Shown: positions 31,415 to 42,092, counted from the stretch's first letter. The stretch: DNA of 64,000 nt from Parvibaculum sp. (GCF_049671045.1 NZ_JBATUH010000017.1:414-64413); one strand, 5' to 3'. Translations and numbers: made by a program. The notes: generated by a model from the letters alone, not told the origin.

Positions 31415-32437
31415 ATGGGATACAAAGTCGCCGTTGTCGGGGCCACGGGCAATGTGGGCCGCGAGATGCTGAACATCCTCGCCGAACGCGAGTTTCCCGC
31501 CGATGAGGTGGTGGCGCTCGCCTCGCGGCGCAGCCAGGGAACGGAAGTTTCCTACGGCGACAGGATTCTCAAGGTGAAGGCGCTGGAGAATTACGATTTC
31601 TCCGGCACCGATATCTGCCTCATGTCGGCAGGCTCGACGGTCGCCGCCGAATGGTCGGCGCGGATCGGCGCGCAGGGCTGTGTCGTCATCGACAATTCGT
31701 CGAAGTTCCGCATGGACCCCGACGTGCCGCTCGTCGTGCCGGAAGTGAATTCCGACGCCATCGGCGGCTATACGAAGAAGATGATCATCGCCAACCCCAA
31801 CTGCTCGACGGCGCAGATGGTGGTGGCGCTGAAGCCGCTCCACGATGTCGCGCGGATCAAGCGCGTCGTCGTCTCGACCTACCAGTCGACGAGCGGCGCG
31901 GGCAAGGAAGGCATGGACGAGCTCTTCGAGCAGACGCGCGCCATCTATGTGAACGATCCGGTCGAGAAGAAGAAGTTCACCAAGCAGATCGCCTTCAACG
32001 TCATCCCCCATATCGATGTGTTCATGGAGGATGGCTACACGAAGGAAGAGTGGAAGATGGTGGTCGAGACGAAGAAGATGCTCGACCCGAAGATCAAGGT
32101 GACGGCGACCTGCGTGCGCGTGCCGGTGTTTGTCGGCCATTCGGAAGCGGTCAATATCGAGTTCGAAAAGCCGATCACGGATGATGAGGCGCGCGAAATC
32201 CTGCGCGAGGCGCCGGGCTGTCTCGTCGTCGACAAGCGCGAGGATGGCGGCTATGTGACGCCGCTCGAATGCGTCGGCGAATATGCGACCTATATCAGCC
32301 GCATCCGCGTCGATCCGACCGTGGAGAACGGGCTTGCCATGTGGATCGTCTCCGACAATCTGAGGAAGGGCGCGGCGCTCAACGCCGTGCAGATCGCCGA
32401 GATTCTCGGCGCGCGTTACCTCAAGAAGGCCGCCTGA
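31415..32437 (+). CDS. asd: Aspartate-semialdehyde dehydrogenase
   Basis: MGYKVAVVGATGNVGREML..., active-site context IANPNCSTAQMVVALKPL. Confidence 0.95.
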   Translation: MGYKVAVVGATGNVGREMLNILAEREFPADEVVALASRRSQGTEVSYGDRILKVKALENYDFSGTDICLMSAGSTVAAEWSARIGAQGCVVIDNSSKFRMDPDVPLVVPEVNSDAIGGYTKKMIIANPNCSTAQMVVALKPLHDVARIKRVVVSTYQSTSGAGKEGMDELFEQTRAIYVNDPVEKKKFTKQIAFNVIPHIDVFMEDGYTKEEWKMVVETKKMLDPKIKVTATCVRVPVFVGHSEAVNIEFEKPITDDEAREILREAPGCLVVDKREDGGYVTPLECVGEYATYISRIRVDPTVENGLAMWIVSDNLRKGAALNAVQIAEILGARYLKKAA

Positions 32438-32440
32438 GGC

Positions 32441-33286
32441 TCAGGCGAAAACCTCGATATTGGGCGGCAGGCCCGGATCCCAGATGATTGCCTGATCGTG
32501 GGCGAGCGCAAGCTCGCCCCGGCCAGCCTCGATGCTCGAGCGGATGAGTGCCGCCGAGCAGGCGGAGGCGCGCGCCAGCGCCTGCGGCACCGCGACGCCG
32601 CTCAGAAGCCGCGAGAGAAAGATGGCGGCGAAGAGATCGCCGGTGCCCTTGGGCGTCATCGTATCGTCGGCGGCCGAATATTTCGTCGTCTCGGCGCGAT
32701 AGGCTTTCCTGTTTTCGACGGCGAGGCTCGATATGCGGCCCCTGGGCGCGGGCGCCGAGGTGATGGTCACGATTTTTGGGCCGAGCTTGCGGGCGAGGGG
32801 GATGGCCGCGCGGATATCGGCGGGCTCCTCGCCGGCAAGCCGCGCGAATTCAAACCAGTTCGGCGTCACGATGTCCGCGCGGAGCGCGAGTGCGGCCTGC
32901 GCGGCTTCGACGGCCCTGCTCACATAGGCGCCCTTTTCATCGCCCATGATCGGGTCGCAGAGATGAAGCGCCTTGGGATTGGCGGACTTCACGCGCGCCA
33001 CCGCATCGGCGACGGCGCCCGCCTGTTCGGCATTGGCGAGATAGCCGGAGAAGACGGCGTCGCAGCGCGAAAGCCAGCCTCGTTCGTCGAGCGCGCGCAC
33101 CAGCCGCTCGATCAGGTCTTCACCGAGAAGCTCGCCCTCGAAGCTGCCGTAACCCGGATGATGGGCGAGAAGCACGGTCGGCACCTGCCAGACCTCGTGG
33201 CCAAGCCGCTGCATCGCAAATGCGCCGGCGGAATTTCCGACCGCCCCATAGACGACCTGGCTCGAGATGGAAAGGATCGTCGCCAT
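32441..33286 (-). CDS. pdxY: Pyridoxal/pyridoxamine kinase (PdxY-like)
   Basis: ILSISSQVVYGAVGNSAGAFAMQRLGHEVW...LSGYLANAEQ...CDPIMGD...GTGDLFAAIFL, similar in layout to E. coli PdxY. Confidence 0.85.
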   Translation of the reverse strand: MATILSISSQVVYGAVGNSAGAFAMQRLGHEVWQVPTVLLAHHPGYGSFEGELLGEDLIERLVRALDERGWLSRCDAVFSGYLANAEQAGAVADAVARVKSANPKALHLCDPIMGDEKGAYVSRAVEAAQAALALRADIVTPNWFEFARLAGEEPADIRAAIPLARKLGPKIVTITSAPAPRGRISSLAVENRKAYRAETTKYSAADDTMTPKGTGDLFAAIFLSRLLSGVAVPQALARASACSAALIRSSIEAGRGELALAHDQAIIWDPGLPPNIEVFA

Positions 33287-33394
33287 GCGTACTCCTCATG
33301 CACCGAGCCCCCGCAATTCCGCTTCACACGTCCCCACAAGATTTATAGTGTCCGCATTCCGTATCCGCGAGAACTTCCGACGCTGGAGAGAGTC

Positions 33395-34285
33395 ATGTCC
33401 CTGATTAATGCCCGTCCGCGCCGTAGCGTGCTTTACATGCCGGGATCGAATGCGCGCGCGATGGAAAAGGCGCGGGAGATTCCCGCCGATGCGCTGATCC
33501 TCGATCTCGAGGACGCCGTGGCGCCGGATGCGAAGGAAGAAGCGCGCGCGCAGGTGATGAGCGCCGTCGCACAAGGCGGTTATGGCAAGCGTGAAATCGT
33601 CATTCGCGTGAACGGGCTCGATACGCCCTGGGGCATCGACGACATCAAGGCGGCGGTCGCGGCGGGCCCGGACGCCATTCTCGTTCCCAAGGTCAATTCC
33701 GCCGGGGACGTGGCGCGCGCCGAAGCCGCGCTGACGGCGGCCGGCGCGAAGGGCGGCTTGCAGCTCTGGTGCATGATCGAGACGCCGCTTGCGATCCTCA
33801 ACATCCAGTCGATCGCGGCGAAGGCGCAGGAGGCGGGTTCGCGCATGTCCGTCTGGGTCATGGGCACCAACGACATCGCCAAGGAGCTTCGCGCCGCGCA
33901 TACGCCCGACCGCGTGCCGATGCTTGCCTCGCTCGGCCTTTCGATCATCGCGGCGCGGGCCTATGGCATCGTCGCGCTCGACGGCGTTCATAACGACATC
34001 AAGGACGAGCAGGGCTTCGTCGCCATCTGCGAGCAGGGCCGCGACATGGGGTTCGACGGCAAGACGCTCATCCACCCCTCGCAGGTCGCGCCCTGCAATC
34101 GCATCTTCTCGCCCGATCCTGAAACCGTCGCCTTCGCGCGCAAGACGATCGAGGCGTTCGAGCTGCCGGAGAACAAGGGCAAGGGCGTGCTCAAGGTCGA
34201 TGGGCGCATGGTCGAAATTCTTCATGCGGAAATCGCAAGGCGCACCGTCGCCATTGCCGATGCCATCGCGGAGCTTGAGGCATGA
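33395..34285 (+). CDS. HpcH/CitE-family CoA-ester lyase or thioesterase (Mcl2-like)
   Basis: Internal ATG at 33395 of listed ORF 32498..34285, whose upstream part is antisense to pdxY. Motifs SVLYMPGSNARAMEKA, LDLEDAV, GTNDIAKEL, GRDMGFDGKTLIHPSQV. Confidence 0.8.
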   Translation: MSLINARPRRSVLYMPGSNARAMEKAREIPADALILDLEDAVAPDAKEEARAQVMSAVAQGGYGKREIVIRVNGLDTPWGIDDIKAAVAAGPDAILVPKVNSAGDVARAEAALTAAGAKGGLQLWCMIETPLAILNIQSIAAKAQEAGSRMSVWVMGTNDIAKELRAAHTPDRVPMLASLGLSIIAARAYGIVALDGVHNDIKDEQGFVAICEQGRDMGFDGKTLIHPSQVAPCNRIFSPDPETVAFARKTIEAFELPENKGKGVLKVDGRMVEILHAEIARRTVAIADAIAELEA

Positions 34286-35331
34286 CGAAAACGAACGCCG
34301 GAAACTTCTTCGAGGATTTCAAGGTCGGGCAGGTGCTCGCTCATGCGACGCCGCGCACGGTGACGGAGGGCGACCGCGCGCTCTATCAGGCGTTTTTCGG
34401 CTCGCGCCATTCGCTGCAATCCTCCGACGAAGTTGCGCGCAAGGCCGGCTATGCGCAATCGCCTCTCGACGACATACTCGTGTTCCACATCGTCTTCGGA
34501 AAGACGGTGCCCGACATCTCGCTCAATGCGGTGGCCAATCTCGGCTATGCGGACTGCCGCTTCCTGAAGCCCGTCTTTCCGGGCGACACGCTTTCCGCGA
34601 CGTCCAAGGTCATAGGCCTCAAGGAGAATTCGGACGGCGCGACGGGCGTCGTCTATGTGCGCTCGACGGGCCGCAACCAGAGGGGAGAGACGGTTCTCGA
34701 TTATGTGCGCTGGGTGATGGTGAGGAAGCGGGACAAGGCCGCGCCCGCGCCCCAGACCGACGTGCCGTCACTGCCCGCGGCCGTCGATGCGAAGTCGCTC
34801 GCAGCGCCTTCGGGCACGAATTTCAAGGCGTTCGATACCGTCGCCTCCGGCTCGCCCCATCTCTGGGACGATTACCAGGCGGGCGAGAAGATCGATCATG
34901 TCGACGGCGTCACCATCGAGGAAGCCGAGCACATGATGGCGACGCGGCTTTATCAGAACACCGCGAAGGTTCACTTCAATCAGTTCACGGAAGGTCAGGG
35001 CCGCTTCGGCCGCCGCCTCATCTATGGCGGCCATGTGATCTCGCTTGCCCGCGCGCTGAGCTTCAACGGGCTCGGCAATGCGGTGCTCGTCGCCGCGATC
35101 AATGGCGGGCGGCATGTCGCGCCCTGCTTTGCGGGCAATACGGTCTTCGCATGGTCGGAGGTTCTGGCGAAGGAGCCGCTCGCCGATCGCGACGATCTCG
35201 GCGCGCTGCGCATCCGTACGATCGCGACCAGGGATCTGCCCTGCAGCGGCTTTCCGGGGCCGCTCGAAAAGGGCTATGCCGAGGGCGTCATTCTTGATCT
35301 CGACTACTGGGTTTTCATGCCGAGGCGCTGA
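34282..35331 (+). CDS. Double hot-dog MaoC-family (R)-hydratase, mesaconyl-CoA hydratase-like
   Basis: 349 aa, the size and layout I recall for Mch/itaconyl-CoA hydratase-type enzymes. ATGA overlap with the upstream CitE-like gene. Confidence 0.75.
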   Translation: MTKTNAGNFFEDFKVGQVLAHATPRTVTEGDRALYQAFFGSRHSLQSSDEVARKAGYAQSPLDDILVFHIVFGKTVPDISLNAVANLGYADCRFLKPVFPGDTLSATSKVIGLKENSDGATGVVYVRSTGRNQRGETVLDYVRWVMVRKRDKAAPAPQTDVPSLPAAVDAKSLAAPSGTNFKAFDTVASGSPHLWDDYQAGEKIDHVDGVTIEEAEHMMATRLYQNTAKVHFNQFTEGQGRFGRRLIYGGHVISLARALSFNGLGNAVLVAAINGGRHVAPCFAGNTVFAWSEVLAKEPLADRDDLGALRIRTIATRDLPCSGFPGPLEKGYAEGVILDLDYWVFMPRR

Positions 35332-35352
35332 GGCGTCCCTCAAGCCGCCTTC

Positions 35353-35976
35353 ATGTTTCGTTCAGGACAAGTGGTTAAACTCGGGTCAATGAATGGGCGA
35401 TCCATGTTTTCATCAAAATCAGGGAAGGGTTCAGCCACCGCGAAAGCGCCCGTGGTGCGCTCGGCGCAGAGCCTTGCTTTCGAGGAGGCCTGGGACGCGG
35501 CGAGGGGCGAGGCGCCTTTTCCCGACCGCAGCAATATCGACCTCAAGCATTTCGCGAAATTCGCGCGCTGGTTTGCGATCATCGAGCCCGATCCCAATCG
35601 CATGGCGCTGCCCTTCACGCTCGTCGGTTCGGGCTTTTTCGATTTCCTCAAGACCGATCTCACTGGCGTCGACTATCTCTCGCTCGCCGATCCGGCGATC
35701 CGGCAGCTTGCCTATGACTGTGTCATGGCGTGCCTCAGGCAGCCATGCGGCCTGTGGCAGATCACCCCGGCAAGCATCGCCGAGGGCGGCTTCATGCCTT
35801 ACGAATATACGATCCTCCCGATCTCGAAGGGCAAGGCCGAGGCCGACCACATCGTCATTCATGTGAATTTCGAACTCGGCACCTTCGCGCCGAAACCCCA
35901 TGTCGATCGCGTCGAACATTCGACCGTCTGGCACTGGCTCGATATCGGCTTCGGCGTTCCCGCAATTGGCGGCTAG
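35353..35976 (+). CDS. PAS_5 (DUF1457)-like hypothetical protein
   Basis: About 200 aa with PFPDRSNIDLKHF...IIEPDP...FTLVGSGFFDFLKTDLTGVDYL, which resembles the alphaproteobacterial PAS_5 family. Start uncertain (35353, 35389 or 35404). Confidence 0.5.
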   Translation: MFRSGQVVKLGSMNGRSMFSSKSGKGSATAKAPVVRSAQSLAFEEAWDAARGEAPFPDRSNIDLKHFAKFARWFAIIEPDPNRMALPFTLVGSGFFDFLKTDLTGVDYLSLADPAIRQLAYDCVMACLRQPCGLWQITPASIAEGGFMPYEYTILPISKGKAEADHIVIHVNFELGTFAPKPHVDRVEHSTVWHWLDIGFGVPAIGG

Positions 35977-36794
35977 GCGGCACGCCCTTCAAGCCTGAAG
36001 ACGCGCGCGGCATTTCCGCTGAAGAACAATCCGGTGGTCTCCTCGTCGAGCCCGAGCGCGGGCAGATCCTCGAGACATTTTTTGGCCGTGATCATAGGGA
36101 AGTTCGTGCCGAACATCACCTTGCGGCGGCCGTGACCGCGCATATAGGCGACAAGCTCGGGCGGGTAGCGTTTGGCGGTATAGGCGGAGGTGTCGATATA
36201 GACGTTCCGATGCTTCGTCGCGACGGCGATCATCTCCTGCGTCCATGGATAGCCGATATGTCCGCAGACGATCGCAAGCTCGGGAAACTCCAGTGCGATC
36301 TCGTCGATATACGGAATGGGCCGCCCGGTCTCGGAAGGACGCAAGGGGCCGGTATGCCCCACCTGCGTGCAGAAGGGAATGTCGAGTTCGCAGCATTCCG
36401 CGTAGAGCGGATAATAACGGCGATCCGTGGGCGGCAGCATCCAGAGCCAGGGAACGAGGCGGAGCCCCTTGAAGCCCAGCGTTTTCACGGCGCGCCGGAG
36501 TTCACGGACGGCTTCCATCGGTTTCATGATGTCGGCGCCGGCGATGCCGACGATCCGTCCCGGATAGGCTTTCGTCATGGCGGCAACCTCGTCGTTCGAA
36601 ATGAGGTCGCCCTGGGGGCCATACCAGGCGGCGGCGAGGCCGATATCGACGCCGCCCTGATCCATGGCCGCGATCGTCATTTCCGGCGTGATGGCGGGGC
36701 GGTCTTCAGTTTTGGTCCGCCTTCTCAGCGAGGCGAACATTTCGTGGTTCGAATGTCGCTCGGTGGGGTGCTGCATCCATGCGTCGATGATCAT
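35973..36794 (-). CDS. Amidohydrolase-2 family (metal-dependent hydrolase/decarboxylase) protein
   Basis: MIIDAWMQHP...TQVGHTG...CGHIGYPW...DTSAY...FGTNFP layout typical of PF04909-type TIM-barrel hydrolases. Overlaps the TetR gene stop. Confidence 0.8.
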   Translation of the reverse strand: MIIDAWMQHPTERHSNHEMFASLRRRTKTEDRPAITPEMTIAAMDQGGVDIGLAAAWYGPQGDLISNDEVAAMTKAYPGRIVGIAGADIMKPMEAVRELRRAVKTLGFKGLRLVPWLWMLPPTDRRYYPLYAECCELDIPFCTQVGHTGPLRPSETGRPIPYIDEIALEFPELAIVCGHIGYPWTQEMIAVATKHRNVYIDTSAYTAKRYPPELVAYMRGHGRRKVMFGTNFPMITAKKCLEDLPALGLDEETTGLFFSGNAARVFRLEGRAA

Positions 36795-37402
36795 TGGCCG
36801 GAAATCCTCTTCTTCACGGGGGTCTCTGCCTTCCCGACAAGCGCGCGCCGGGCGTTGTCGATCAGGGGACGAATCTGTTCACGGGGATCGGTTTCCTCGC
36901 GGCCCGAGAGCCATGCGCGGCAGACCATCTGGGCCGGCCCGATGAGCTGGCTGTAGAAGATGGGCGGCGGCATGGGGCGCAAATCCCCGCTTTCGACAAG
37001 CGGTTCGCGCCAGTTGTCGAAGACGGAGCGATAGCTCTCGTTCTCGTTGCGCTGTTCCTCGCGGATGTGATCGAGCCATTTGGCGCTCGAATGCTCGAAG
37101 AGGAAGCGGGCCTCTCGCCGATTGTTCACGACCCAGGCCATGTGAGCCTCGATCAGCGCCGCGATCCCGTCGGCCGCCCCGGGATTGACCGCGAGCGGGG
37201 CCAGCATCGCTCGGTGATAGGCGCGGATCGCATCGAGATAGAGCGCGGCGGCCAACGCCTCTTTCGAGCCGAAAAAGTGAAAGAAACTCCCGTTGGAAGC
37301 GCCCGCGGCGGCGCGAATCGCGCTCACCGTCGCCCGGCCGAAGCCCAGCTCATCGAAGGTTTCAAGGCCCGCCAGCAAAAGCGCCGCCCGTGTATCAGCC
37401 AT
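36791..37402 (-). CDS. TetR/AcrR family transcriptional regulator
   Basis: N-terminal HTH LLAGLETFDELGFGRATVSAIRAAAGASNGSFFHFFGSKEAL. Confidence 0.9.
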   Translation of the reverse strand: MADTRAALLLAGLETFDELGFGRATVSAIRAAAGASNGSFFHFFGSKEALAAALYLDAIRAYHRAMLAPLAVNPGAADGIAALIEAHMAWVVNNRREARFLFEHSSAKWLDHIREEQRNENESYRSVFDNWREPLVESGDLRPMPPPIFYSQLIGPAQMVCRAWLSGREETDPREQIRPLIDNARRALVGKAETPVKKRISGQ

Positions 37403-37427
37403 ATTCCCGCCGCCTCCGGCCCTGAAA

Positions 37428-37444
37428 CTAGAGCAACACTCTAG
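37428..37444. promoter_or_regulatory. Inverted repeat CTAGAG-N5-CTCTAG, candidate TetR operator
   Basis: Perfect 6-bp arms 26 bp upstream of the TetR start codon. Confidence 0.3.
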
Positions 37445-37714
37445 CGGATCAGGTGGTGCCGCTCAACCGGCCCGGCGGGACGGCCGGGAGCGGGCGGAAG
37501 GGTGACGCTGCGTCTGGACGCCTGCCGCCGCGCGAGGCAGGCTCGATGGCGACATGCTCCGTCCTCCCGCCTGCGCCGCGATCCGCCGCATGTCGCCGGG
37601 CTGTGCGAAGGGTTTCCATCGTCCGTTATCGCTAACGGGATTTGCGTTCGGGGAGAGCAGGGGATAAACAACAAACATTACAGCCCACCCGCAGACCCAT
37701 TCGGGGACCTTGAG

Positions 37715-38119
37715 ATGGCTAAGACGCAACAGGTCGCGCGGCCGCTTTCGCCGCATCTTCAGATTTATCGCTTCACAATCACCATGACGATGTCGATCGT
37801 CCACCGCATCACGGGCGGCGCGCTTTATTTCGGTACGGCGCTTCTCGTCTGGTGGCTTGTGGCGGCGGCGACGGGCCCCGAAGCCTATGCGCTCTTCCAG
37901 GATGTGGCCGGTTCGTGGATCGGCCGCCTCGTGCTCTTCGGCTATAGCTGGGCGCTGCTCCACCATCTCTTCAGCGGCATCCGCTATCTCATCTGGGACC
38001 GCATCCAGGGCTTCGAGCTTCGCAAGGCCGACATGCTGAGCTGGGCCGCGCTCATCATCGCTTTCGTGAGCACGATCGCCGTCTGGGTCGTGGCTCTTTC
38101 CCTCAAGGGGGTGTTCTGA
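37715..38119 (+). CDS. sdhC: Succinate dehydrogenase cytochrome b556 subunit
   Basis: Internal ATG at 37715 (MAKTQQVARPLSPHLQIYRF), 3 TM segments, operon context. Confidence 0.9.
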   Translation: MAKTQQVARPLSPHLQIYRFTITMTMSIVHRITGGALYFGTALLVWWLVAAATGPEAYALFQDVAGSWIGRLVLFGYSWALLHHLFSGIRYLIWDRIQGFELRKADMLSWAALIIAFVSTIAVWVVALSLKGVF

Positions 38120-38466
38120 TGGCCCAGTCCGGAAAATCCGCGACCCGCGATTTCCGCCGCCAGCGCCTGACGGCGTTCGCGCTCGTCCCGCTTGGGCTGA
38201 TCTTCGTCGCTCTTGTCGTCGCGCTTGCGGGCAGCGACTATGAGACGGCGCGGGCCTGCCTCGCCAATCCGCTGGTGGCGGGCGTCATCGTCCTCCTCGT
38301 CATCGCGACGGCGGCCCATATGCGCATCGGCATGAACGAGATCATCGACGACTATGTGCAGGACAGCACCCTCCACAAACTGTCGAAGACGGGCAATTTC
38401 CTTTTCTGTGCGGCGGTCGTTCTCGGCAGCATCTACGCGGCGCTGAAAATCCTCATCGGTTTCTGA
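38119..38466 (+). CDS. sdhD: Succinate dehydrogenase hydrophobic membrane anchor subunit
   Basis: 115 aa, 3 TM segments, start overlaps the sdhC stop. Confidence 0.9.
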   Translation: MAQSGKSATRDFRRQRLTAFALVPLGLIFVALVVALAGSDYETARACLANPLVAGVIVLLVIATAAHMRIGMNEIIDDYVQDSTLHKLSKTGNFLFCAAVVLGSIYAALKILIGF

Positions 38467-38486
38467 TCATTTCACGAGCAAGTCCC

Positions 38487-40277
38487 ATGACCGCGAGTTA
38501 CAGCTTCAACGATCATACATTCGATGTAGTGGTGGTGGGCGCCGGCGGCGCGGGTCTGCGCGCGACGCTCGGCTGCGTCGAGCGCGGCCTCAAGACCGCG
38601 AACATCACAAAGGTCTTCCCGACGCGCAGCCACACGGTCGCCGCGCAGGGCGGCGTCGCCGCCTCGCTCGGCAATATGGGGCCGGACGACTGGCGCTGGC
38701 ACATGTACGACACCGTGAAGGGGTCCGACTGGCTCGGCGATCAGGACGCGATCGAATATCTCTGCCGCCATGCGCCGGACGCGGTTTACGAGCTCGAGCA
38801 TTTCGGCGTGCCGTTCAGCCGCACCGAGGACGGCAGGATCTACCAGCGTCCCTTCGGCGGCATGACGACCAATTTCGGCGAGGGCATCGCGCAGCGCACC
38901 TGCGCCGCCGCCGACCGTACCGGCCATGCGATGCTGCACACGCTTTATGGCCAGTCGGTCCGCCACAAGGCGCAGTTCTTCGTCGAATATTTCGCCATCG
39001 ACCTCATCATGGACAATGGCCGCTGCGTTGGCGTCGTCGCGCTCGACATGGCGACGGGCGAGATGCACCGCTTCCGTTCCAGCATCGTCATTCTGGCGAC
39101 GGGCGGCTATGGCCGCGCCTATTTCTCGGCGACCTCCGCCCATACCTGCACCGGCGACGGCAACGCGATGGTGCTGCGCGCGGGGCTCGCGCTCCAGGAC
39201 ATGGAGTTCGTGCAGTTCCACCCGACGGGCATTTACGGCTCGGGCTGCCTCATCACCGAGGGCGCGCGCGGCGAAGGCGGCTATCTCGTCAACTCTGAAG
39301 GCGAGCGCTTCATGGAGCGTTATGCGCCTTCGGCCAAGGATCTCGCCTCGCGCGACGTCGTCAGCCGCGCCATGACGATCGAAATCCGCGAGGGACGCGG
39401 CGTCGGTCCGCACAAGGATCACATTTTCCTTCACCTCGATCACCTCGACCCGGCGATCCTGAAGGAGCGTCTGCCCGGCATTTCGGAATCGGCGCGCATC
39501 TTCGCGGGCGTCGACGTGACGAAGGAGCCGATCCCGGTTCTGCCGACCGTCCACTACAATATGGGCGGCATTCCGACCAATTATCACGGCGAAGTGCTGA
39601 CGCTGAAGGACGGCAATCCGGACACGGTTGTGCCGGGCCTCATGGCGGTCGGCGAGGCGGCCTGCGTTTCGGTTCACGGCGCGAACCGTCTGGGTTCGAA
39701 CTCGCTCATCGACCTCGTGGTCTTCGGCCGGGCGGCGGGTATCCGCGCCGCCGAACTCCTCAAGGACCAGAAGTCGCAGCCAGAGCTGCCGAAGGGGGCC
39801 GGCGATTTCGCGCTCGCCCGTTTCGACCGCTTCCGCAACGCGAACGGCAAGACGCCGACCTCGGCGCTCCGCATCAAGATGCAGCGCGCCATGCAGGAGG
39901 ACGTCGCCGTCTTCCGCACCGGCGAGACGCTGGAGGAGGGCAAGCGGCGCGTGGCCGAGATTTTTGCCGAGCTTCCCGATATCCGCGTCACCGACCGTTC
40001 GCTCATCTGGAATTCCGACCTCATCGAGACGCTGGAATTCGACAACCTCATCGTTCAGGCGATCGCGACCGTCGAGGGCGCGGTGGGCCGCAAGGAAAGC
40101 CGCGGCGCCCATGCCCGCGAGGATTTCCCCGACCGCGACGACGCGAACTGGATGAAGCACACGCTCTGCTGGGTCGACACCGAGACGGGCAAGACCGCCG
40201 TCGATTATCGCCCGGTCCACACCTACACACTTTCCGACGAAATCGAGTACATCAAGCCGAAGGCGCGCGTTTACTGA
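38487..40277 (+). CDS. sdhA: Succinate dehydrogenase flavoprotein subunit
   Basis: [15 protein letters not shown]..., [10 protein letters not shown] (FAD-binding His), [15 protein letters not shown]. Confidence 0.97.
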   Translation: MTASYSFNDHTFDVVVVGAGGAGLRATLGCVERGLKTANITKVFPTRSHTVAAQGGVAASLGNMGPDDWRWHMYDTVKGSDWLGDQDAIEYLCRHAPDAVYELEHFGVPFSRTEDGRIYQRPFGGMTTNFGEGIAQRTCAAADRTGHAMLHTLYGQSVRHKAQFFVEYFAIDLIMDNGRCVGVVALDMATGEMHRFRSSIVILATGGYGRAYFSATSAHTCTGDGNAMVLRAGLALQDMEFVQFHPTGIYGSGCLITEGARGEGGYLVNSEGERFMERYAPSAKDLASRDVVSRAMTIEIREGRGVGPHKDHIFLHLDHLDPAILKERLPGISESARIFAGVDVTKEPIPVLPTVHYNMGGIPTNYHGEVLTLKDGNPDTVVPGLMAVGEAACVSVHGANRLGSNSLIDLVVFGRAAGIRAAELLKDQKSQPELPKGAGDFALARFDRFRNANGKTPTSALRIKMQRAMQEDVAVFRTGETLEEGKRRVAEIFAELPDIRVTDRSLIWNSDLIETLEFDNLIVQAIATVEGAVGRKESRGAHAREDFPDRDDANWMKHTLCWVDTETGKTAVDYRPVHTYTLSDEIEYIKPKARVY

Positions 40278-40295
40278 GACGCGAAGGGTTCGATC

Positions 40296-41069
40296 ATGGT
40301 TCAGCTCACACTGCCCAAGAATTCCCAGACCACGGAAGGCAAGACCTTCAAGGCGGAAGGCGCGACGCGCGTCAAGCGGTTCCGCGTCTACCGATGGTCG
40401 CCCGACGACACCGCGAACCCGCGCATCGACACGTTCGAGGTCGATCTCGACAAATGCGGGCCGATGGTTCTCGACGCCCTCATCAAGATCAAGAACGAGG
40501 TCGATCAGACGCTGACCTTCCGCCGGTCCTGCCGCGAAGGCATTTGCGGCTCCTGCGCCATGAATATCGACGGGGCGAACACGCTTGCCTGCACCAAGGG
40601 CATCGACGAGATCGACGGCGATGTGAGGATCTACCCGCTGCCGCACATGCCGGTGGTGAAGGATCTCGTTCCCGATCTGACCAATTTCTACGCGCAGCAC
40701 GCCTCCATCGAGCCATGGCTCCACACCAAGACCGAAGAGCCGAAGAAGGAATGGCTGCAATCCCACGAGGATCGCGAGAAGCTCGACGGGCTCTATGAGT
40801 GCATTCTCTGCGCCTGCTGCTCGACGTCCTGCCCCTCCTATTGGTGGAACGGCGACCGCTATCTCGGCCCGGCGGCGCTGCTGCAGGCTTATCGCTGGCT
40901 CGTCGACAGCCGCGATCAGGCGACGCAGGAGCGCCTCGACAAGCTCGAGGACCCCTTCAAGCTCTATCGCTGCCACACCATCATGAATTGCGCGAAGGCC
41001 TGCCCGAAGGGCCTGAACCCGGCCAAGGCCATTGCCGAGATCAAGAAGATGATGGTCGGCCGGGCCTGA
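40296..41069 (+). CDS. sdhB: Succinate dehydrogenase iron-sulfur subunit
   Basis: Cys clusters [27 protein letters not shown] and [14 protein letters not shown]. Confidence 0.97.
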   Translation: MVQLTLPKNSQTTEGKTFKAEGATRVKRFRVYRWSPDDTANPRIDTFEVDLDKCGPMVLDALIKIKNEVDQTLTFRRSCREGICGSCAMNIDGANTLACTKGIDEIDGDVRIYPLPHMPVVKDLVPDLTNFYAQHASIEPWLHTKTEEPKKEWLQSHEDREKLDGLYECILCACCSTSCPSYWWNGDRYLGPAALLQAYRWLVDSRDQATQERLDKLEDPFKLYRCHTIMNCAKACPKGLNPAKAIAEIKKMMVGRA

Positions 41070-41091
41070 TCGCCATCACCGCGACCGAACT

Positions 41092-41123
41092 AGGCCGCTC
41101 CCCCGGGAGCGGCCTTTTTCTTT
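41092..41123 (+). terminator. Rho-independent terminator after sdhB
   Basis: GGCCGCTCCC / GGGAGCGGCC stem followed by TTTTTCTTT. Confidence 0.6.
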
Positions 41124-41156
41124 GCCGGCCGCATCCGGCCATCGCATAGTCGAGCC

Positions 41157-41552
41157 ATGAGCGAAAGAGACTGGCACAAGGGTGCATGTCATTGTGGTGC
41201 GGTGACCTTCGAGGTCGAAACCGCGCGTGACATCGTGCTCGACGATTGTAACTGCTCCATCTGCGCGAAGACGGGCTATCTCCATCTCATCGTGCCGGCC
41301 TCGCGCTTTCGCATCCTCTCGGGCGAGGAAAGGCTCACCGAGTACCGGTTCAACACCGGGACGGCGCGGCATCTCTTCTGCTCGGTCTGCGGGGTCAAGC
41401 CCTTCTATGTGCCGCGCTCCAATCCCGATGGCTGGAGCGTCAATTTCCGCTGCCTCGACCGCTCGGAATTCGGCGAGGTCACTATCCGCCCCTTCGACGG
41501 TCAGAACTGGGAAGCGCATGGCGCCTCGCTTGCCCATCTGAGCCGAGAGTAG
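41157..41552 (+). CDS. GFA family protein (CENP-V/glutathione-dependent formaldehyde-activating fold)
   Basis: Zinc-binding Cys pattern CHCGAV...CNCSIC...FCSVCG. Confidence 0.85.
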   Translation: MSERDWHKGACHCGAVTFEVETARDIVLDDCNCSICAKTGYLHLIVPASRFRILSGEERLTEYRFNTGTARHLFCSVCGVKPFYVPRSNPDGWSVNFRCLDRSEFGEVTIRPFDGQNWEAHGASLAHLSRE

Positions 41553-41555
41553 GCC

Positions 41556-42092
41556 CTATTCCCGCACATATTCCGTATCGGGCGCGGTATAGCGGGCGGC
41601 GGCCGCCAATGCGCGTTTGAGATCGTCATAGGACGAGAAGGCGCAGTCATTGCCGCTGCGCGTGATGTTGAAGGTGGCGGCGCTTTCGCCATGGCGCTCC
41701 GCGATGCGGATGAAGTCGCTGCATTCGGGCGCGAAGCGGAGCCAGCCCTCGCCCCTCTGGCGGAGAAGCCCATAGACGGCCTTGCCGGGTTTCTCGCTGT
41801 CGCGGATGAGGGCGATGTAGTCGCCGCCCCCAATGTCATCGAGCAGGCCCGCGACGGGCTCCTCGCCGTCGAATGTGTAGAGGTAATCGGCGCCCTTTCT
41901 CGTGACGGTGAGATGGCGCGGCGGTGCTGACGCGCGGCTGCCATTGTCATCGAGCTTGTAGGCGGCGAAGCGCGTGCCCTCCGGGACCGGATAATCCGCC
42001 TCGGCGGGGCCGAAGAGCGGTGTCTTGCTCACGAAGCAGGCCGAGAGAAGAAGGCATGCCGCCATGATGGCGGCAGATCGGCATCCGTGCAT
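41556..42092 (-). CDS. Putative lipoprotein, unknown function
   Basis: Start chosen at ATG 42092 (MHGCRSAAIMAACLLLSAC) with lipobox LSAC. The listed ORF extends to 42167. Confidence 0.55.
   Translation of the reverse strand: MHGCRSAAIMAACLLLSACFVSKTPLFGPAEADYPVPEGTRFAAYKLDDNGSRASAPPRHLTVTRKGADYLYTFDGEEPVAGLLDDIGGGDYIALIRDSEKPGKAVYGLLRQRGEGWLRFAPECSDFIRIAERHGESAATFNITRSGNDCAFSSYDDLKRALAAAARYTAPDTEYVRE

Noticed and set aside
32498-33394. N-terminal 299 residues of the 595-aa ORF containing the CitE-like gene
   Set aside because: It is antisense to the well-supported pdxY gene. The CitE-like domain starts at the internal ATG at 33395.
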